Source: Candidatus Nanopelagicales bacterium (GTDB taxonomy: Bacteria; Actinomycetota; Actinomycetes; S36-B12). From it: a stretch of 64,000 bases of DNA. The stretch covers positions 23,982-87,981 of the forward strand of contig JAIOXK010000002.1 in assembly GCA_021741645.1 (NCBI GenBank). Reading direction: 5' to 3'. The notes beneath the pieces were generated by a model. That model saw only the letters and a list, made by a program, of their open reading frames with translations, was not told the origin of the DNA and made no database searches. How positions within the stretch are numbered: the first letter of the stretch is position 1; each line of letters starts with the position of its first letter. The position numbers were made by a program, and so were the translations under genes. Positions 27,523 through 37,643 of the stretch are shown here, piece by piece.

Positions 27523-30500
27523 CTAACTCGCCGTGGTGTCTCCGTTGCTCTCCGGAATCAGGCCTCCATGTTCGACGTCGCTAAGAGTCGAGAACTCGAA
27601 TGAGGCGCGGACGAAGGCGGCAGGAACCGGGTATCTCGTGACGAAACGTGCGACTACGACATACGGATCGTCCGCGGGGCGCGCAGGCAGCCCGAGGGCC
27701 TCCGCAATCGCGCTCGCATGGGGAGCGAGATCCTCGAGTTTCTGCCGCAACTTCGTGGCATACGGCGGCCTGGCAGGGTCGGACTCGTCGTAGAAGCGGT
27801 CCAATGTCCGACGGATCTCAGGCGTCGTGAAAACGTCGACCGGATCCTTGACCTCCAAGAGCCAGATGACTCTAGCGTCGGTCCTGCCCGCAACAGCATC
27901 AATTTCCGACCGAAGCACAGGCAGCCCGAGTCGATGCGGCGTCTGCTCCTTGACGTTCTCGATCACAGTCCATCCATGACTACGCAGCGCGTTGACCACG
28001 TCGACCTCCAGCGCCTTGTTGCGTCGATCTCGAATTTCGTCCATGGCGTCCTCGACAGCGCGAGGCGGCTTCGGCTGGCTCCACGGAAGTTGCCCTTGCC
28101 GCAGGTAGTTCATGTAGACCGAGAGTGTCCCGAGACAAGCGTGCGGGCTTACCACAATCCTGTCGTCGCTGAGCGTTGCCAGCGGCTGCACCGCAAGCCG
28201 TCGCCTCCTGCTGCGCGTATGCCATGGTTTCCAATCGTCTGCCGCGAACTCAGCCGCGTTGCCCGTCAGTAGCGAGAGGGCAGCACGGATCCGCGTTTCG
28301 CCGTCGGCCAGCTCGCCGAGGAGCGTCTCGTCGCGGACGTACTTCACGATGTCTTCGAGCGATGCTGGAACAGCGTCGGGCTCGTCCTCACCCAGTGGCC
28401 ACGCAGCCAGCGCGAACAAGGTCGTCAGAATGTCCAGTCCGGTGGCTCCGAACGCTGTGAGCATGGCGTCATCGAGGTTCGAATCAGTCAGCCCAATGGC
28501 GCCCGGCCCGGGCACGCGTTCAGCCTCCATACCCTCATCCGCGTCGGCAAGCTGGTACTGCGAGCGCATGGCCGACAAGGCTTCGATGTCGAGGTCGTAG
28601 GCGTTGCCGCTCGCACTAGACCGCTCGGATTCACCAGTAGGTGATCCATCCTTGGCAATGCTGATCTCGTACGACTCGCTGACCTCGATCGCGCTGGGGT
28701 TGAGTTGGTGGTGCACGGCTTCGCTGCGCATGGTGGCGTGCATGTACGCGTCGGCGGCAGCCAAGATCCGCTGCCAGGAGAGGTCGTCGAGCGTGCGGCT
28801 GCCTTGCGGCTGGAGTCTTAGGGCCGCCTCGACAGCCGCTTCCTGACTCCTGCGCAGTAGGAGGTGCTCGTGCATAACCTCACGGTGTCGAGCCACAGCG
28901 TCCCACTCGATAGCCAGATGCTGGGAAGAACGCCGTATGTCGCTCTCAAGCTCCCTGCGCTTCGCGAGCGACCGTTCGATTTGCTGCATTCCAAACTCGA
29001 TGACGTCATCCATCGCATACCCGTCAAGTGCGTCGTTGAGGATTCCCAATGCGATCGGTGCCAAGTGTTCGCGGTCCAGGGCGCCAGCCTTGACCCCCTG
29101 ATAGGTCCCAGGCGTGACCCCGCCGTCCTTGAGGGATTCCGCCATGATCCGCTGAATCTCCGAGGCCAGTGACTCATCGACGGCCAGCGGAGATCGCAAG
29201 GTAGCGCGAGCGGTGACGGCGGCTCCCACTTGCACTACCAGCGTGGGAGGCGCAGTTGACCACGCGCCCCGAATGGCTGCGCAGTCATCGCTCTTCATTC
29301 CGGCGGACCGAACAACCATCTCCATCGCAGCGGCCATCAAGGCTCGTCCAACTGTTATGTCCTGCGCCGCGGCTCGAGTAAACGAGTCGACGGGGATGTT
29401 CAGTGTCGCGTGAACGACCCTGCCGTGCGCTCGGTCATCGATGAGGACATTTGCAACTTCGATGTCCGCATCGACGCGCTCGACATTTGCCAGCGCAAGG
29501 ACATAGCCACTCTCGTCGCCGTTGTGGCTCGCGTTCCATGTTTCGCGAATCTGTCTTAACCCAAACGTGAATGCTCCGGCAATGTCGTACAACAGGCTGT
29601 CGACATCGCGCGTCCAAGTGGGGCCGAACAGAGACACCGCGACTGGCACAGGGCCAGGGTGAAGGCTCCATCCGACTAGTTCGGGTCGACGACGCTCGGG
29701 GGTGACTGGCGTTGCGCGTACCCCCAACAGCGAGCCCGTAGCTCGCGCTTTCCAGTGAAAGGCCGTCACAGCTGCATGTTCGGGTTCGTCCAGACCATCG
29801 AGATCGCGGAGACCCGGAAGTCCCAGGGTTGCCAGGTCGCGTTCGATGGGGCTCCACCGGGCTCCCCGGTCCCATTCGGCGTTCCCTTCGTGAGCGGCGA
29901 ACACGATCCCCATCGGAGCTGCACCTTGGGTGTGAATCGCCTTGCCATTCGCAATCCACCATTGCCAGATATTGATCGCTTCCCACCCCATCAGCATCGG
30001 CATTCCGGGACGGGACAAGTCCCGGCAGTAGTTGTACAGATCAGTGTCAGCCGTGGCCGTTGTCGCTGCCCACCGGAGGTCGTCCAGTGACATTCCCGGA
30101 AGGCCGGGCCTTGACGGCACGGCAATATGCCCGGGGGAGGCGATGACAAGAAGCGGCACGAGTTCCACTTGTGGGTCAAGAGTCACCGAGTCACCCCCAG
30201 CGAGGGTGAGCCGCGTGGGCAAGGCACCAGGTGATTCGCGTACAGCAGCGAGGACAGCGGGGTCGTCGTCGAAGGGCAGTACTCCGTTCAGGGTCGCGAC
30301 CACCTGGACCGCAATCGCGTGTGTGCTGCCGACCGGCACAACCCACTGCACGCGGTTGAGCGGGGACACCGCCGGACCAAATGCGGTATCAGGGCTGCCT
30401 GCAACAACATCGCTGAATCTCCAGAGTGCTTCGCGCGCTTGGCCGGCTGCGCGGGATGCGAACCGCTGACACGACATGGGGTCGTGCGAGGCAATCGCGC

Positions 30501-31278
30501 CGAGCTCGCACACCGCTTGCCCTAGCGCTTCTGGAATAAAGGCCAACGGCATCCAGCGCGGTTCCGCTCCCGGAGTTTCGCGTGTTCGCAGGAATCGTCC
30601 GAACACGCTCGATGGGTCCCGGAAATCGTATGGGAGGGTGTCGGTGGGACTCGTCACCCAATCCAGGGCGCGCGACATCGCCTCGGTCCGTACGAGAGAC
30701 GCAGGCGTGCCAAGAGCGATCAGATCCTTCGCAATGGCGAGTTCGCCGATTGTCACCTGCGGTCCGTCGTCATCGGAATGGGCGTCGGGCCACGCCGCTA
30801 CAAACCTAGAGATCGCGAGATCCGCGTAGCTCAGCGCGACCTCCGCAAGGTCGGTGACACCGAAACCCATGATGCTGGTCAGGTACTCGTCAGCAGAGTG
30901 TCCGACCAGCAGGGCGCGGTCTACGTCGGCAATCGGGCGCTCCACGTTTCCAGGGAAGAGGCGCACCGTTCGTGCTCCGAGCCTGACACTTACGTCTTCG
31001 CGCGGGTCGTTAGCTAGGAAGTCCTCACCAACGGCGAGGCCGGGCGCGGATCTGGCCGCAAGATCGAGCAGGCGGGCAAACTGGTCTGCGGCGACCGGTC
31101 GGGATCCCGAGTGCTTCGCGTGAAGACTGGCGTTAACGAGGTGTCCGACCGTGCTCCAGCGATGGCGGACCCGGGGTGACGCGCCTGCCGCTATGAGCAG
31201 TGCCCACAGCGCTTGCGCATCAAACGGTGCGAGCTCACGCGGCAGGTTCGGCCTCTTCCCGGAGCGGCTCTTTCCCAC
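27523..31278 (-). CDS. Large hypothetical protein with C-terminal PD-(D/E)xK nuclease-like domain
   Basis: ~1250 aa (ORF open to 31440); C-terminal ALEVDV...EIDAVAG...WLLEVKD. Confidence 0.7.
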   Translation of the reverse strand: MGKSRSGKRPNLPRELAPFDAQALWALLIAAGASPRVRHRWSTVGHLVNASLHAKHSGSRPVAADQFARLLDLAARSAPGLAVGEDFLANDPREDVSVRLGARTVRLFPGNVERPIADVDRALLVGHSADEYLTSIMGFGVTDLAEVALSYADLAISRFVAAWPDAHSDDDGPQVTIGELAIAKDLIALGTPASLVRTEAMSRALDWVTSPTDTLPYDFRDPSSVFGRFLRTRETPGAEPRWMPLAFIPEALGQAVCELGAIASHDPMSCQRFASRAAGQAREALWRFSDVVAGSPDTAFGPAVSPLNRVQWVVPVGSTHAIAVQVVATLNGVLPFDDDPAVLAAVRESPGALPTRLTLAGGDSVTLDPQVELVPLLVIASPGHIAVPSRPGLPGMSLDDLRWAATTATADTDLYNYCRDLSRPGMPMLMGWEAINIWQWWIANGKAIHTQGAAPMGIVFAAHEGNAEWDRGARWSPIERDLATLGLPGLRDLDGLDEPEHAAVTAFHWKARATGSLLGVRATPVTPERRRPELVGWSLHPGPVPVAVSLFGPTWTRDVDSLLYDIAGAFTFGLRQIRETWNASHNGDESGYVLALANVERVDADIEVANVLIDDRAHGRVVHATLNIPVDSFTRAAAQDITVGRALMAAAMEMVVRSAGMKSDDCAAIRGAWSTAPPTLVVQVGAAVTARATLRSPLAVDESLASEIQRIMAESLKDGGVTPGTYQGVKAGALDREHLAPIALGILNDALDGYAMDDVIEFGMQQIERSLAKRRELESDIRRSSQHLAIEWDAVARHREVMHEHLLLRRSQEAAVEAALRLQPQGSRTLDDLSWQRILAAADAYMHATMRSEAVHHQLNPSAIEVSESYEISIAKDGSPTGESERSSASGNAYDLDIEALSAMRSQYQLADADEGMEAERVPGPGAIGLTDSNLDDAMLTAFGATGLDILTTLFALAAWPLGEDEPDAVPASLEDIVKYVRDETLLGELADGETRIRAALSLLTGNAAEFAADDWKPWHTRSRRRRLAVQPLATLSDDRIVVSPHACLGTLSVYMNYLRQGQLPWSQPKPPRAVEDAMDEIRDRRNKALEVDVVNALRSHGWTVIENVKEQTPHRLGLPVLRSEIDAVAGRTDARVIWLLEVKDPVDVFTTPEIRRTLDRFYDESDPARPPYATKLRQKLEDLAPHASAIAEALGLPARPADDPYVVVARFVTRYPVPAAFVRASFEFSTLSDVEHGGLIPESNGDTTAS

Positions 31279-31692
31279 CAGATCCCCTGTCGTGGTGCCC
31301 GGAATGCTCTTGTCGGACTTGCCGATGGCGAGTCCAGTATGGAGGAGGGGTCGGTGAAGGCGCTGACCTCGACAGAGGCACGTCGGGTCGACGCTTCTGA
31401 ACTGCGACGCCTCAAATCGTCCGAAGAACTCGACGACCACCCGGACGAATTCTTCGACTGTGGGTCCTGGTTGCGTTCGCCAGCCCAGGCTCTGTCACAA
31501 GTGAGGCCGGCTGTCGGGCATCGAAGACAAGGAGCAACAGGGACGCGGAGCGGGATCGGCCAGCTCGCACGATGGATTCGGGAAGGACTTTCGCACTCAA
31601 GTGGGGCTTGACGGCTATTCCTTCGTGACTACTTGTCCTGAAAGGAACTTTGCAGGGTAGCAATGTCACTCAAATGGGTTTAGAGTGACATT

Positions 31693-32892
31693 GTGGACTT
31701 GAAATCATTCGGAATTGACTCATCAGGAACTCTCGTGCCCATTCAGGGCGTCGATCCACATCTTGGAGTATGGGAGCACTTTGCGTTCATTCCCCAGCCG
31801 CTCCCAGACCAAACCCCCATGATGACGCCTGAAACCCACCTTCAGGTTGCCAACGCTCGAGCTGCCCTTGCTTCCCTTGACTCGACCGCACGCCAACTAC
31901 CCAACGCTCAACTCTTCCGGTACCCGACGTTGCGCTACGAAGCCCAGAGCACCTCCGCGCTCGAGGGAACCTACGCCCCCCTTTCAGAGGTTCTCCTAGC
32001 TGACGAAGACGACGAGCCGACGGGGGACATGCGAGAGATTCTCAACTACGTCGCAGCCGCCGAGCAGAGTTTCGCGTGGCAGCATGACGGTCGGCCAGTC
32101 ACCCCCGCGATGCTCTCCGAGCTTCAGCGCAGCCTAGTCAACCGCACCCGATCGGACTCGGACGAAGCCGGTCACATTCGTGACCAACAGGTCGTGATCG
32201 GCAGGGGGTCCGGTCCCCATCCTGTCGAATCGGCTCGATTCGTCCCGCATCCTGGCGGCGACGAACTGCGCCGACGTGTACAGGAACTCACCGACTGGAT
32301 GTCACAGGATCACGCGAGACGGATCGATCCAGTCGTTAAGGCGGGCATGGTCCACTACCAGTTCGAAACGCTGCACCCCTTCAACGACGGCAACGGTCGA
32401 ATCGGTCGCCTTCTGATCGTCCTGGAACTGCTCTCGCTGGGCGTCCTGAGTGAGCCGACCCTCAGCGTCTCCCCCTGGTTCGAGCAGCGGCGAACTGAGT
32501 ACTACGACCGACTGCTAGGAGTAAGCACGCACTCGTCCTGGGATGCATGGCTCGGATTCTTCGCAAATGGGCTAGAGCAGTCGGCACGAGCGACTCGCAC
32601 TCAGATGCTGGACTTGGTTGCGGTTCAGTCCGAACTGCATGACGCAGTGCGTGCCTCGACACTGCGCGCCGACTCAGCCCACGCCGTCGTTGACTATGCG
32701 CTTGCGCGTCCCACGTTTACCGTTCGCGCCCTGGAAAGGGATCTGAACCTCTCGTACGGACGCGCCAACAAACTCGTGTTGCAGTTGACGGAGATAGGTG
32801 TTCTTGAACTTGCACCTGGTCGCAACGCGTATCGACGGCGCTTCCGAGCACCCGCGGTGATGCGGGTTCTCCTGAAATCTCCTTCCTCTTAA
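31693..32892 (+). CDS. Fic family protein
   Basis: HPFNDGNGRIGR Fic motif; EAQSTSALEGT N-terminal domain; C-terminal wHTH. Confidence 0.92.
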   Translation: MDLKSFGIDSSGTLVPIQGVDPHLGVWEHFAFIPQPLPDQTPMMTPETHLQVANARAALASLDSTARQLPNAQLFRYPTLRYEAQSTSALEGTYAPLSEVLLADEDDEPTGDMREILNYVAAAEQSFAWQHDGRPVTPAMLSELQRSLVNRTRSDSDEAGHIRDQQVVIGRGSGPHPVESARFVPHPGGDELRRRVQELTDWMSQDHARRIDPVVKAGMVHYQFETLHPFNDGNGRIGRLLIVLELLSLGVLSEPTLSVSPWFEQRRTEYYDRLLGVSTHSSWDAWLGFFANGLEQSARATRTQMLDLVAVQSELHDAVRASTLRADSAHAVVDYALARPTFTVRALERDLNLSYGRANKLVLQLTEIGVLELAPGRNAYRRRFRAPAVMRVLLKSPSS

Positions 32893-32965
32893 GGCTCCGG
32901 ACCGAGGCGGCAAGGCCTGCGGTCGCCACTGCTGTCATTGGAGTTGTCCCGTGGTGTCGCCGTCC

Positions 32966-34363
32966 TCATTCAAGGCCGTGGAGCCGTCGGACGGACGAGT
33001 GGGTGTCGTCGGTGGTGCCGGAGTAGAAGCGACGGACCGTTTCCGCGTCTTGCCAGGAGCCCTGTTGGAGGAGTTGCTCTTCGGTGTATCCCCATTCGTG
33101 GATGGCGGTGTTTGCATACCGGTCGCGAAGGGAGTGGAGCGTGAAGCGGCTGAGCGCCATGCGCCGTCCCGTGGCGGTCACGTATTCCTCCATGCGCCAG
33201 CCCATCTCCGCGGCCGCGGGTCCCCAGACGCGGTTACGCAGGTTGTTCTCCTCGAACACGTTCATCGCCCCATTGGGGAAGATCAAGGCCCTCCGGTTCT
33301 TGCCGTGCTCCTGCTCGGCCAGGGCTTGTTCGACGCGGTCGGGGAGCCACTCCCAGATGTTGAACCCTGCCGGCGCTGCGGTGGGGATGATGATGTCGCG
33401 GATCTTGGCGTTCTTCGGCAGGTCCAGCTTGGGGCCTTTGCCGGTGCCGGCCTGGTGGCGGATGAGGATCTCCCCGCGGTCGAGGGCGACGAAGTTTCCA
33501 CGGCCGGCGTCGGCGACGTCCCGGCTGGCGGTGAGGACGCGGATCTCGCCACTGCGGGTTCCGAGCAGGGCACACGTATGGATGAGAGCGAGTCCGTGGG
33601 TCCATCGGCGCTGGCATGCGTCTGCCCAGTCGGCGACCTGCTGGTGGGTGAGGACGTTGCCACCCGTGGCGATGTCGACTTGAGCTTTGGCCTGGTCGCG
33701 TCGTGAGGCCTGCTGGATGTAGCCCTCGGGTGGGACCCAGCGGATGCCCGCGACGGCGTCGGCCTGGTCGCGGGTGAAGTACCCGGCGTGCCGGCCGAAC
33801 CGCAGCATGGTGCCGGTGATGTTGAGCAGGGTCCTACCCCGGTTGACCGTTCCGGCGCTGGCGATGAACTCGCGCAGGATGGCGGCGTTGAGCTCACGGC
33901 ACATGAGGTTCCGCTTGGCCGCGAGGTCGCGCAGCGGCCTGAAGTCGTTGCCGCGGTCGCGTTGGGTGCGCTCGCGCCACTTGCCGTCGGGTCCTCGGCG
34001 GGCGATGTAGGAGTCGACGAACTCCACCAGCGGTGCGGCCTCGTTCTCCGGCGCGCCGACGTGACCGGCGCGCATGGAGGCGAGCCATGCGTTGGCGTCG
34101 AGGTAGGCGGCGTAGGCCAGGCCCGGCGTCGAGCCGGTCTTGGCGTCGAACGTCAGGCCGGCGAAGTGGGTCTTGATGCGCCAGTACTTGCGGCCCTCGG
34201 CGGGCGGGATGAGGCTGACCTCGTTGATGCGCACGACGCTGCCGCTGCGGGCCCCGGCGGTCAAGGCCTTGAGCAGGCGGGGCGGCGGTTCGACGGGCTG
34301 TCTATGCGGACGCACGGTCCGCCTCGCGGGGCGCGCGCACCGTGATGGTGGCGTTGCGAGCAT
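32966..34363 (-). CDS. Tyrosine recombinase/integrase (start uncertain)
   Basis: LGTRSGE (R), LPKN (K), HSLR (HxxR), GSW, VRRFY (catalytic Y). Confidence 0.85.
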   Translation of the reverse strand: MLATPPSRCARPARRTVRPHRQPVEPPPRLLKALTAGARSGSVVRINEVSLIPPAEGRKYWRIKTHFAGLTFDAKTGSTPGLAYAAYLDANAWLASMRAGHVGAPENEAAPLVEFVDSYIARRGPDGKWRERTQRDRGNDFRPLRDLAAKRNLMCRELNAAILREFIASAGTVNRGRTLLNITGTMLRFGRHAGYFTRDQADAVAGIRWVPPEGYIQQASRRDQAKAQVDIATGGNVLTHQQVADWADACQRRWTHGLALIHTCALLGTRSGEIRVLTASRDVADAGRGNFVALDRGEILIRHQAGTGKGPKLDLPKNAKIRDIIIPTAAPAGFNIWEWLPDRVEQALAEQEHGKNRRALIFPNGAMNVFEENNLRNRVWGPAAAEMGWRMEEYVTATGRRMALSRFTLHSLRDRYANTAIHEWGYTEEQLLQQGSWQDAETVRRFYSGTTDDTHSSVRRLHGLE

Positions 34364-34598
34364 CCATCCGGTCGGCAGGTCGGGTGGGCAGGGCGGGCAG
34401 CGGTGTGGAGCGCAGGTGCCGCGGATCGTTGATGTAGTCCAGGACGCCGGTGGCGGGCCACTTGCGGTTGCGTCGATGCCCGAACAGCGGAGGTGGGAAT
34501 CCCGGCTGGCTGACGTACACGTAGGCCTGCGAGGTGCTCACTCGAAAGAGAGCCGCGATGTCCGGGATGGTGAGGACGGGCTGCTGGGTCGGGTCCAT
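34302..34598 (-). CDS. Excisionase / AlpA-like HTH protein
   Basis: LTIPDIAALFRVSTSQAY....GFPPP.....RKW....V; AAGGAGG RBS; directly upstream of the integrase. Confidence 0.75.
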   Translation of the reverse strand: MDPTQQPVLTIPDIAALFRVSTSQAYVYVSQPGFPPPLFGHRRNRKWPATGVLDYINDPRHLRSTPLPALPTRPADRMDARNATITVRAPREADRASA

Positions 34599-35029
34599 GT
34601 CGCCTCCTTCCGGGCCGGTCGGGTGAGGTCGAGGAGCGGCCGGGTCGGCGTTCCGCCGGGGTGCAGGAGTCTGCGGATGTCGGCGTCAGTCATGGGAATC
34701 CGCTGCGCGGGTGTCTCGTGGTCGAGGGTGAGGATGCCCTGGTAGCCCGTCGGGTCGTCGCGAAAGCACACCAGGGCCTGGTCCGCGGCGGGGTCGGTCG
34801 CCAGGCACAGTCCGGCAGCACGGACCGCGCGGTCCTCGCGTGCCTGCGCGCCGCCCTCGACGCGATCCCGCACGATCAACCCGTGACCGGGCGACTTCGT
34901 CAGTGAGCCGTCCGCGTCGATGACGGTGAACCACCATGCCTCGAACGCGACACCGGCAGCGTCCACGCCGTTGCTGACGTCCACATCTACGGCGAACACG
35001 CCGGCGTCATTCTCGATGCGGTAGTGCAT
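34538..35029 (-). CDS. Hypothetical protein
   Basis: AAGGAG RBS; first gene of the xis-int operon. Confidence 0.6.
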   Translation of the reverse strand: MHYRIENDAGVFAVDVDVSNGVDAAGVAFEAWWFTVIDADGSLTKSPGHGLIVRDRVEGGAQAREDRAVRAAGLCLATDPAADQALVCFRDDPTGYQGILTLDHETPAQRIPMTDADIRRLLHPGGTPTRPLLDLTRPARKEATWTRPSSPSSPSRTSRLSFE

Positions 35030-35059
35030 CCGTCCGCTCCTTCAGTCGATCCGGTAAGT

Positions 35060-35116
35060 CACAGTTACCAAGGTCGAGTAACTGTGTATCACTGTTGTTG
35101 AAGTCTGGTAACTGTG
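35060..35116. promoter_or_regulatory. Candidate XRE operator region
   Basis: CACAGTTAC (35060-35068) inverted against GTAACTGTG (35078-35086), third half-site near 35108-35116; AT-rich divergent intergenic region. Confidence 0.6.
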
Positions 35117-35146
35117 TGTGGAAGCCTGACGGCTGTGATCACGCTT

Positions 35147-35593
35147 GTGGATAACCGCGCGTTCGGCCGACTCGTCCATGCCCTCCGCACGCGCCGGGGC
35201 TTGACGCAGGCGGCGCTGGCGACGGCGATGGGAGTGAGCCAGAACACGGTCAACCGGCTCGAGGCCGGCGACAAGGGCGGCCTGCGCCAGGCCACGTTCA
35301 CGGCACTGGCGCAGTCGCTCGTCGTGGACGAGGCAGCGCTGGCGGCGTTCGCCCAGGGCCAGACCGACTGGTCTGTCGATGAGGCGGTGATCCGGCTCGC
35401 CGGGCCCACCGCGGACGGACCCGACGCCGACAGCGTCGTGGAACGGCTCCTCGCCGACCGCTCGTCCGTGGCATACAGCGTCGGCGTCGCCACGCACTCC
35501 GTCCTGGCCGCGGACCTGCTGTGGTCGCAGTTCCTGTCGAGCCTGGAGCGCATCGGCACTCTCACACGGTCGACACGCGAACGTTCCACCTGA
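35147..35593 (+). CDS. XRE family HTH transcriptional regulator
   Basis: LRTRRGLTQAALATAMGVSQNTVNRLEAG; start uncertain (35114-35147). Confidence 0.85.
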   Translation: MDNRAFGRLVHALRTRRGLTQAALATAMGVSQNTVNRLEAGDKGGLRQATFTALAQSLVVDEAALAAFAQGQTDWSVDEAVIRLAGPTADGPDADSVVERLLADRSSVAYSVGVATHSVLAADLLWSQFLSSLERIGTLTRSTRERST

Positions 35594-35721
35594 CCCAGCA
35601 GCCGAGGCTGGCGGCGCCCATCGGTGCCACAGCGTGAGACCGCGCCCGAACAGGTCAGCCCACCGGTGAGTGCGTGCCCCATGCCGCGCCCCCATCCCGT
35701 GTGGGGACCTGACTGGTCCCT

Positions 35722-35830
35722 CTACCCGCTCAACGGTGTCGGGGCCTCGGTGCCTCGCATTCGGGCATCGCGCACGCTCGATCAGCACCCGAATGCGGGG
35801 CCCCGAGGGGGTCACACCGTTGACCGGGTA
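35722..35830. promoter_or_regulatory. Divergent pair of ICE motifs (imperfect ~110-bp palindrome)
   Basis: Minus CCCGAATGCGAGGCACCGAGGCCCCGACACCGTTGAGCGGGTAG; plus CCCGAATGCGGGGCCCCGAGGGGGTCACACCGTTGACCGGGTA. Confidence 0.75.
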
Positions 35831-35900
35831 ACGGCGCTTCCGCGTCGCCGCCGGTGGCCTCGCGTTGCCGGGACATCACTGCCGTGAAAGGACATCCCTG

Positions 35901-37094
35901 ATGTCGGACTCCGTGATCACCACTGCTGGCCGGATGACCCTGTCCAGCCCCGACGCGTTCCTCGCCTCGATCCCGCACATGATTGGCTTCCCGACGAACG
36001 AGTCGATCGTCATCGTCGGCCTCGCGCCCGACCACCCGGATGCCGCACCGACGGTCCGCGTGACCCAGCGCTTCGACCGACCAGAAGCCGACATGACCAC
36101 CGACCAGGCTCGGCAGCTCGCCGAACGGGCCGCCGAGCCGATGATCAGGTCCGGGTCGACCGAGGTGATCATCGCCGTGTTCGCCGACCAGTACCCCGAG
36201 CTCGATCGGGAACTGCCCAACGCTGCGTTGGTCGATGCGCTCATCACCGCCCTGGATGACGGCGGTGTCGGCATCCGCGACGCCCTCTACACCGACGGCA
36301 CGTCCCGCTGGTCCTACGGCTGCGACAACCCGTCCTGCTGCCCTCCCACCGGACGGGTCATCTCGGAGAAGGTGCGGACCCTGGTCGCGGCGGAGTTCGC
36401 GCTGGCCGGATCGGCGATGGTCGAGTCCCGCGAAGCGCTCGCCGCCGAGGTCGCGACCATCGACGCAGCCGAACGGGCGGAGGTCGCCGAGCACGTCCGC
36501 GCAGCCGAACGGGCCCGCGACGAGGCGCTCGCTGCTGCCGGCACCGGGCCCACCGCCACCCGTGGCCCGTCTCGTGCCCGGGAGGACTGGCGCGACCAGT
36601 CCATCACCCAGATCGCCGGCGTCACGTCGGGGGCACCGGCCGGCGCCCGGGAAATCGCCCGCGTCGCCGTGGGCCTGGGCGACATCCGCGTCCGCGACAC
36701 GGTGCTGTGGGACCTGATGCAGCCGACGGCAGACACTTCAGCGGCGATCGCGAGCCTTGCGAAGACCGTCCGGCACGCCCCCGAGGGCCACGTGGCGCCG
36801 GCCGCAACCGTCCTGGCGATCTGCCACTGGACCACCGGCGACGGCGCCCGCGCGAACGTTGCTCTCCAGCGCGCCGACGACGACAATCCCGACTACTCGC
36901 TGGCGGCCCTGGTCCGCACCAGCCTCAGCGCAGGGCTGCCGCCCCAGACGTGGCGCGACGCCCTGGCGGGCCTGACCCGCGACACCTGCCGGCACGGCGA
37001 GCCCACGCGAACGCCGCAAGCCACCGTCCCTGCCGTGGCCGCGCCCCGAGCACGCGCCTCGATCACCGCATCCCCGCAGGGCCTGGCCCTGTAG
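35901..37094 (+). CDS. DUF4192 domain protein
   Basis: LSSPDAFLASIPHMIGFPTNESIV, CCPPTG, DIRVRD, GDGARA..AL..A....PDYSLA. Confidence 0.85.
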   Translation: MSDSVITTAGRMTLSSPDAFLASIPHMIGFPTNESIVIVGLAPDHPDAAPTVRVTQRFDRPEADMTTDQARQLAERAAEPMIRSGSTEVIIAVFADQYPELDRELPNAALVDALITALDDGGVGIRDALYTDGTSRWSYGCDNPSCCPPTGRVISEKVRTLVAAEFALAGSAMVESREALAAEVATIDAAERAEVAEHVRAAERARDEALAAAGTGPTATRGPSRAREDWRDQSITQIAGVTSGAPAGAREIARVAVGLGDIRVRDTVLWDLMQPTADTSAAIASLAKTVRHAPEGHVAPAATVLAICHWTTGDGARANVALQRADDDNPDYSLAALVRTSLSAGLPPQTWRDALAGLTRDTCRHGEPTRTPQATVPAVAAPRARASITASPQGLAL

Positions 37095-37097
37095 CCC

Positions 37098-37136
37098 GGG
37101 GCCTGTGGACAACCTTCCCCACTGTCCACAGGCCCC
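37098..37136 (+). terminator. Stem-loop after the DUF4192 gene (arms contain DnaA-box-like 9-mers)
   Basis: GGGGCCTGTGGACA...TGTCCACAGGCCCC 14-bp stem. Confidence 0.55.
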
Positions 37137-37241
37137 GCCGGGTCACCGTTCCCGGGCGCGGCGCCCCGTGACCATCACCGCACGACCCGGCCCGAAGCGC
37201 TCGGACCACTGCACCCTGCCCACCCATCGAAGGAGATAGCC

Positions 37242-37643
37242 ATGGACATCGCCGACTGGATCGACCTCATCGACGCCCGGATCGCCCGCCGGCCCCGAGC
37301 GGCCGACCGCGCATGGGCGTGGGCTCACATCGCCCACCTCATCGCCCTGAACGACCTGCTCACCGACCGTTCCACCGCACGGAGCGCGGCGTGCTGGGTC
37401 GAGCCGCGGATCGCGTGGACCCTCGACGACCTGGCCAGCGCCGGCACCCGCACCGACCCGGTCCGGCTTCCCCTCGTCGATCCGGCGGACACCCCGGAGG
37501 CGCTGCAGCGGGTCCTCGACCGGCTCATCCTTACCGCCGGTACCTCGGACGCTCACGCCACCGCCGCGCAGGCCGACGCCTGCGCCCAGGCCGTCACCCG
37601 CGCGGTCGCCGCGCGCCTCGACTACGCCACCTCACCGACGTGA
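37242..37643 (+). CDS. Hypothetical protein
   Basis: AAGGAG RBS; GC3-rich; stop overlaps the next GTG. Confidence 0.7.
   Translation: MDIADWIDLIDARIARRPRAADRAWAWAHIAHLIALNDLLTDRSTARSAACWVEPRIAWTLDDLASAGTRTDPVRLPLVDPADTPEALQRVLDRLILTAGTSDAHATAAQADACAQAVTRAVAARLDYATSPT

Noticed and set aside
35042..35815. Minus-strand ORFs (257 aa and 197 aa) downstream of the leftward motif
   Set aside because: Antisense to a clear XRE gene, with no RBS or recognisable domain.
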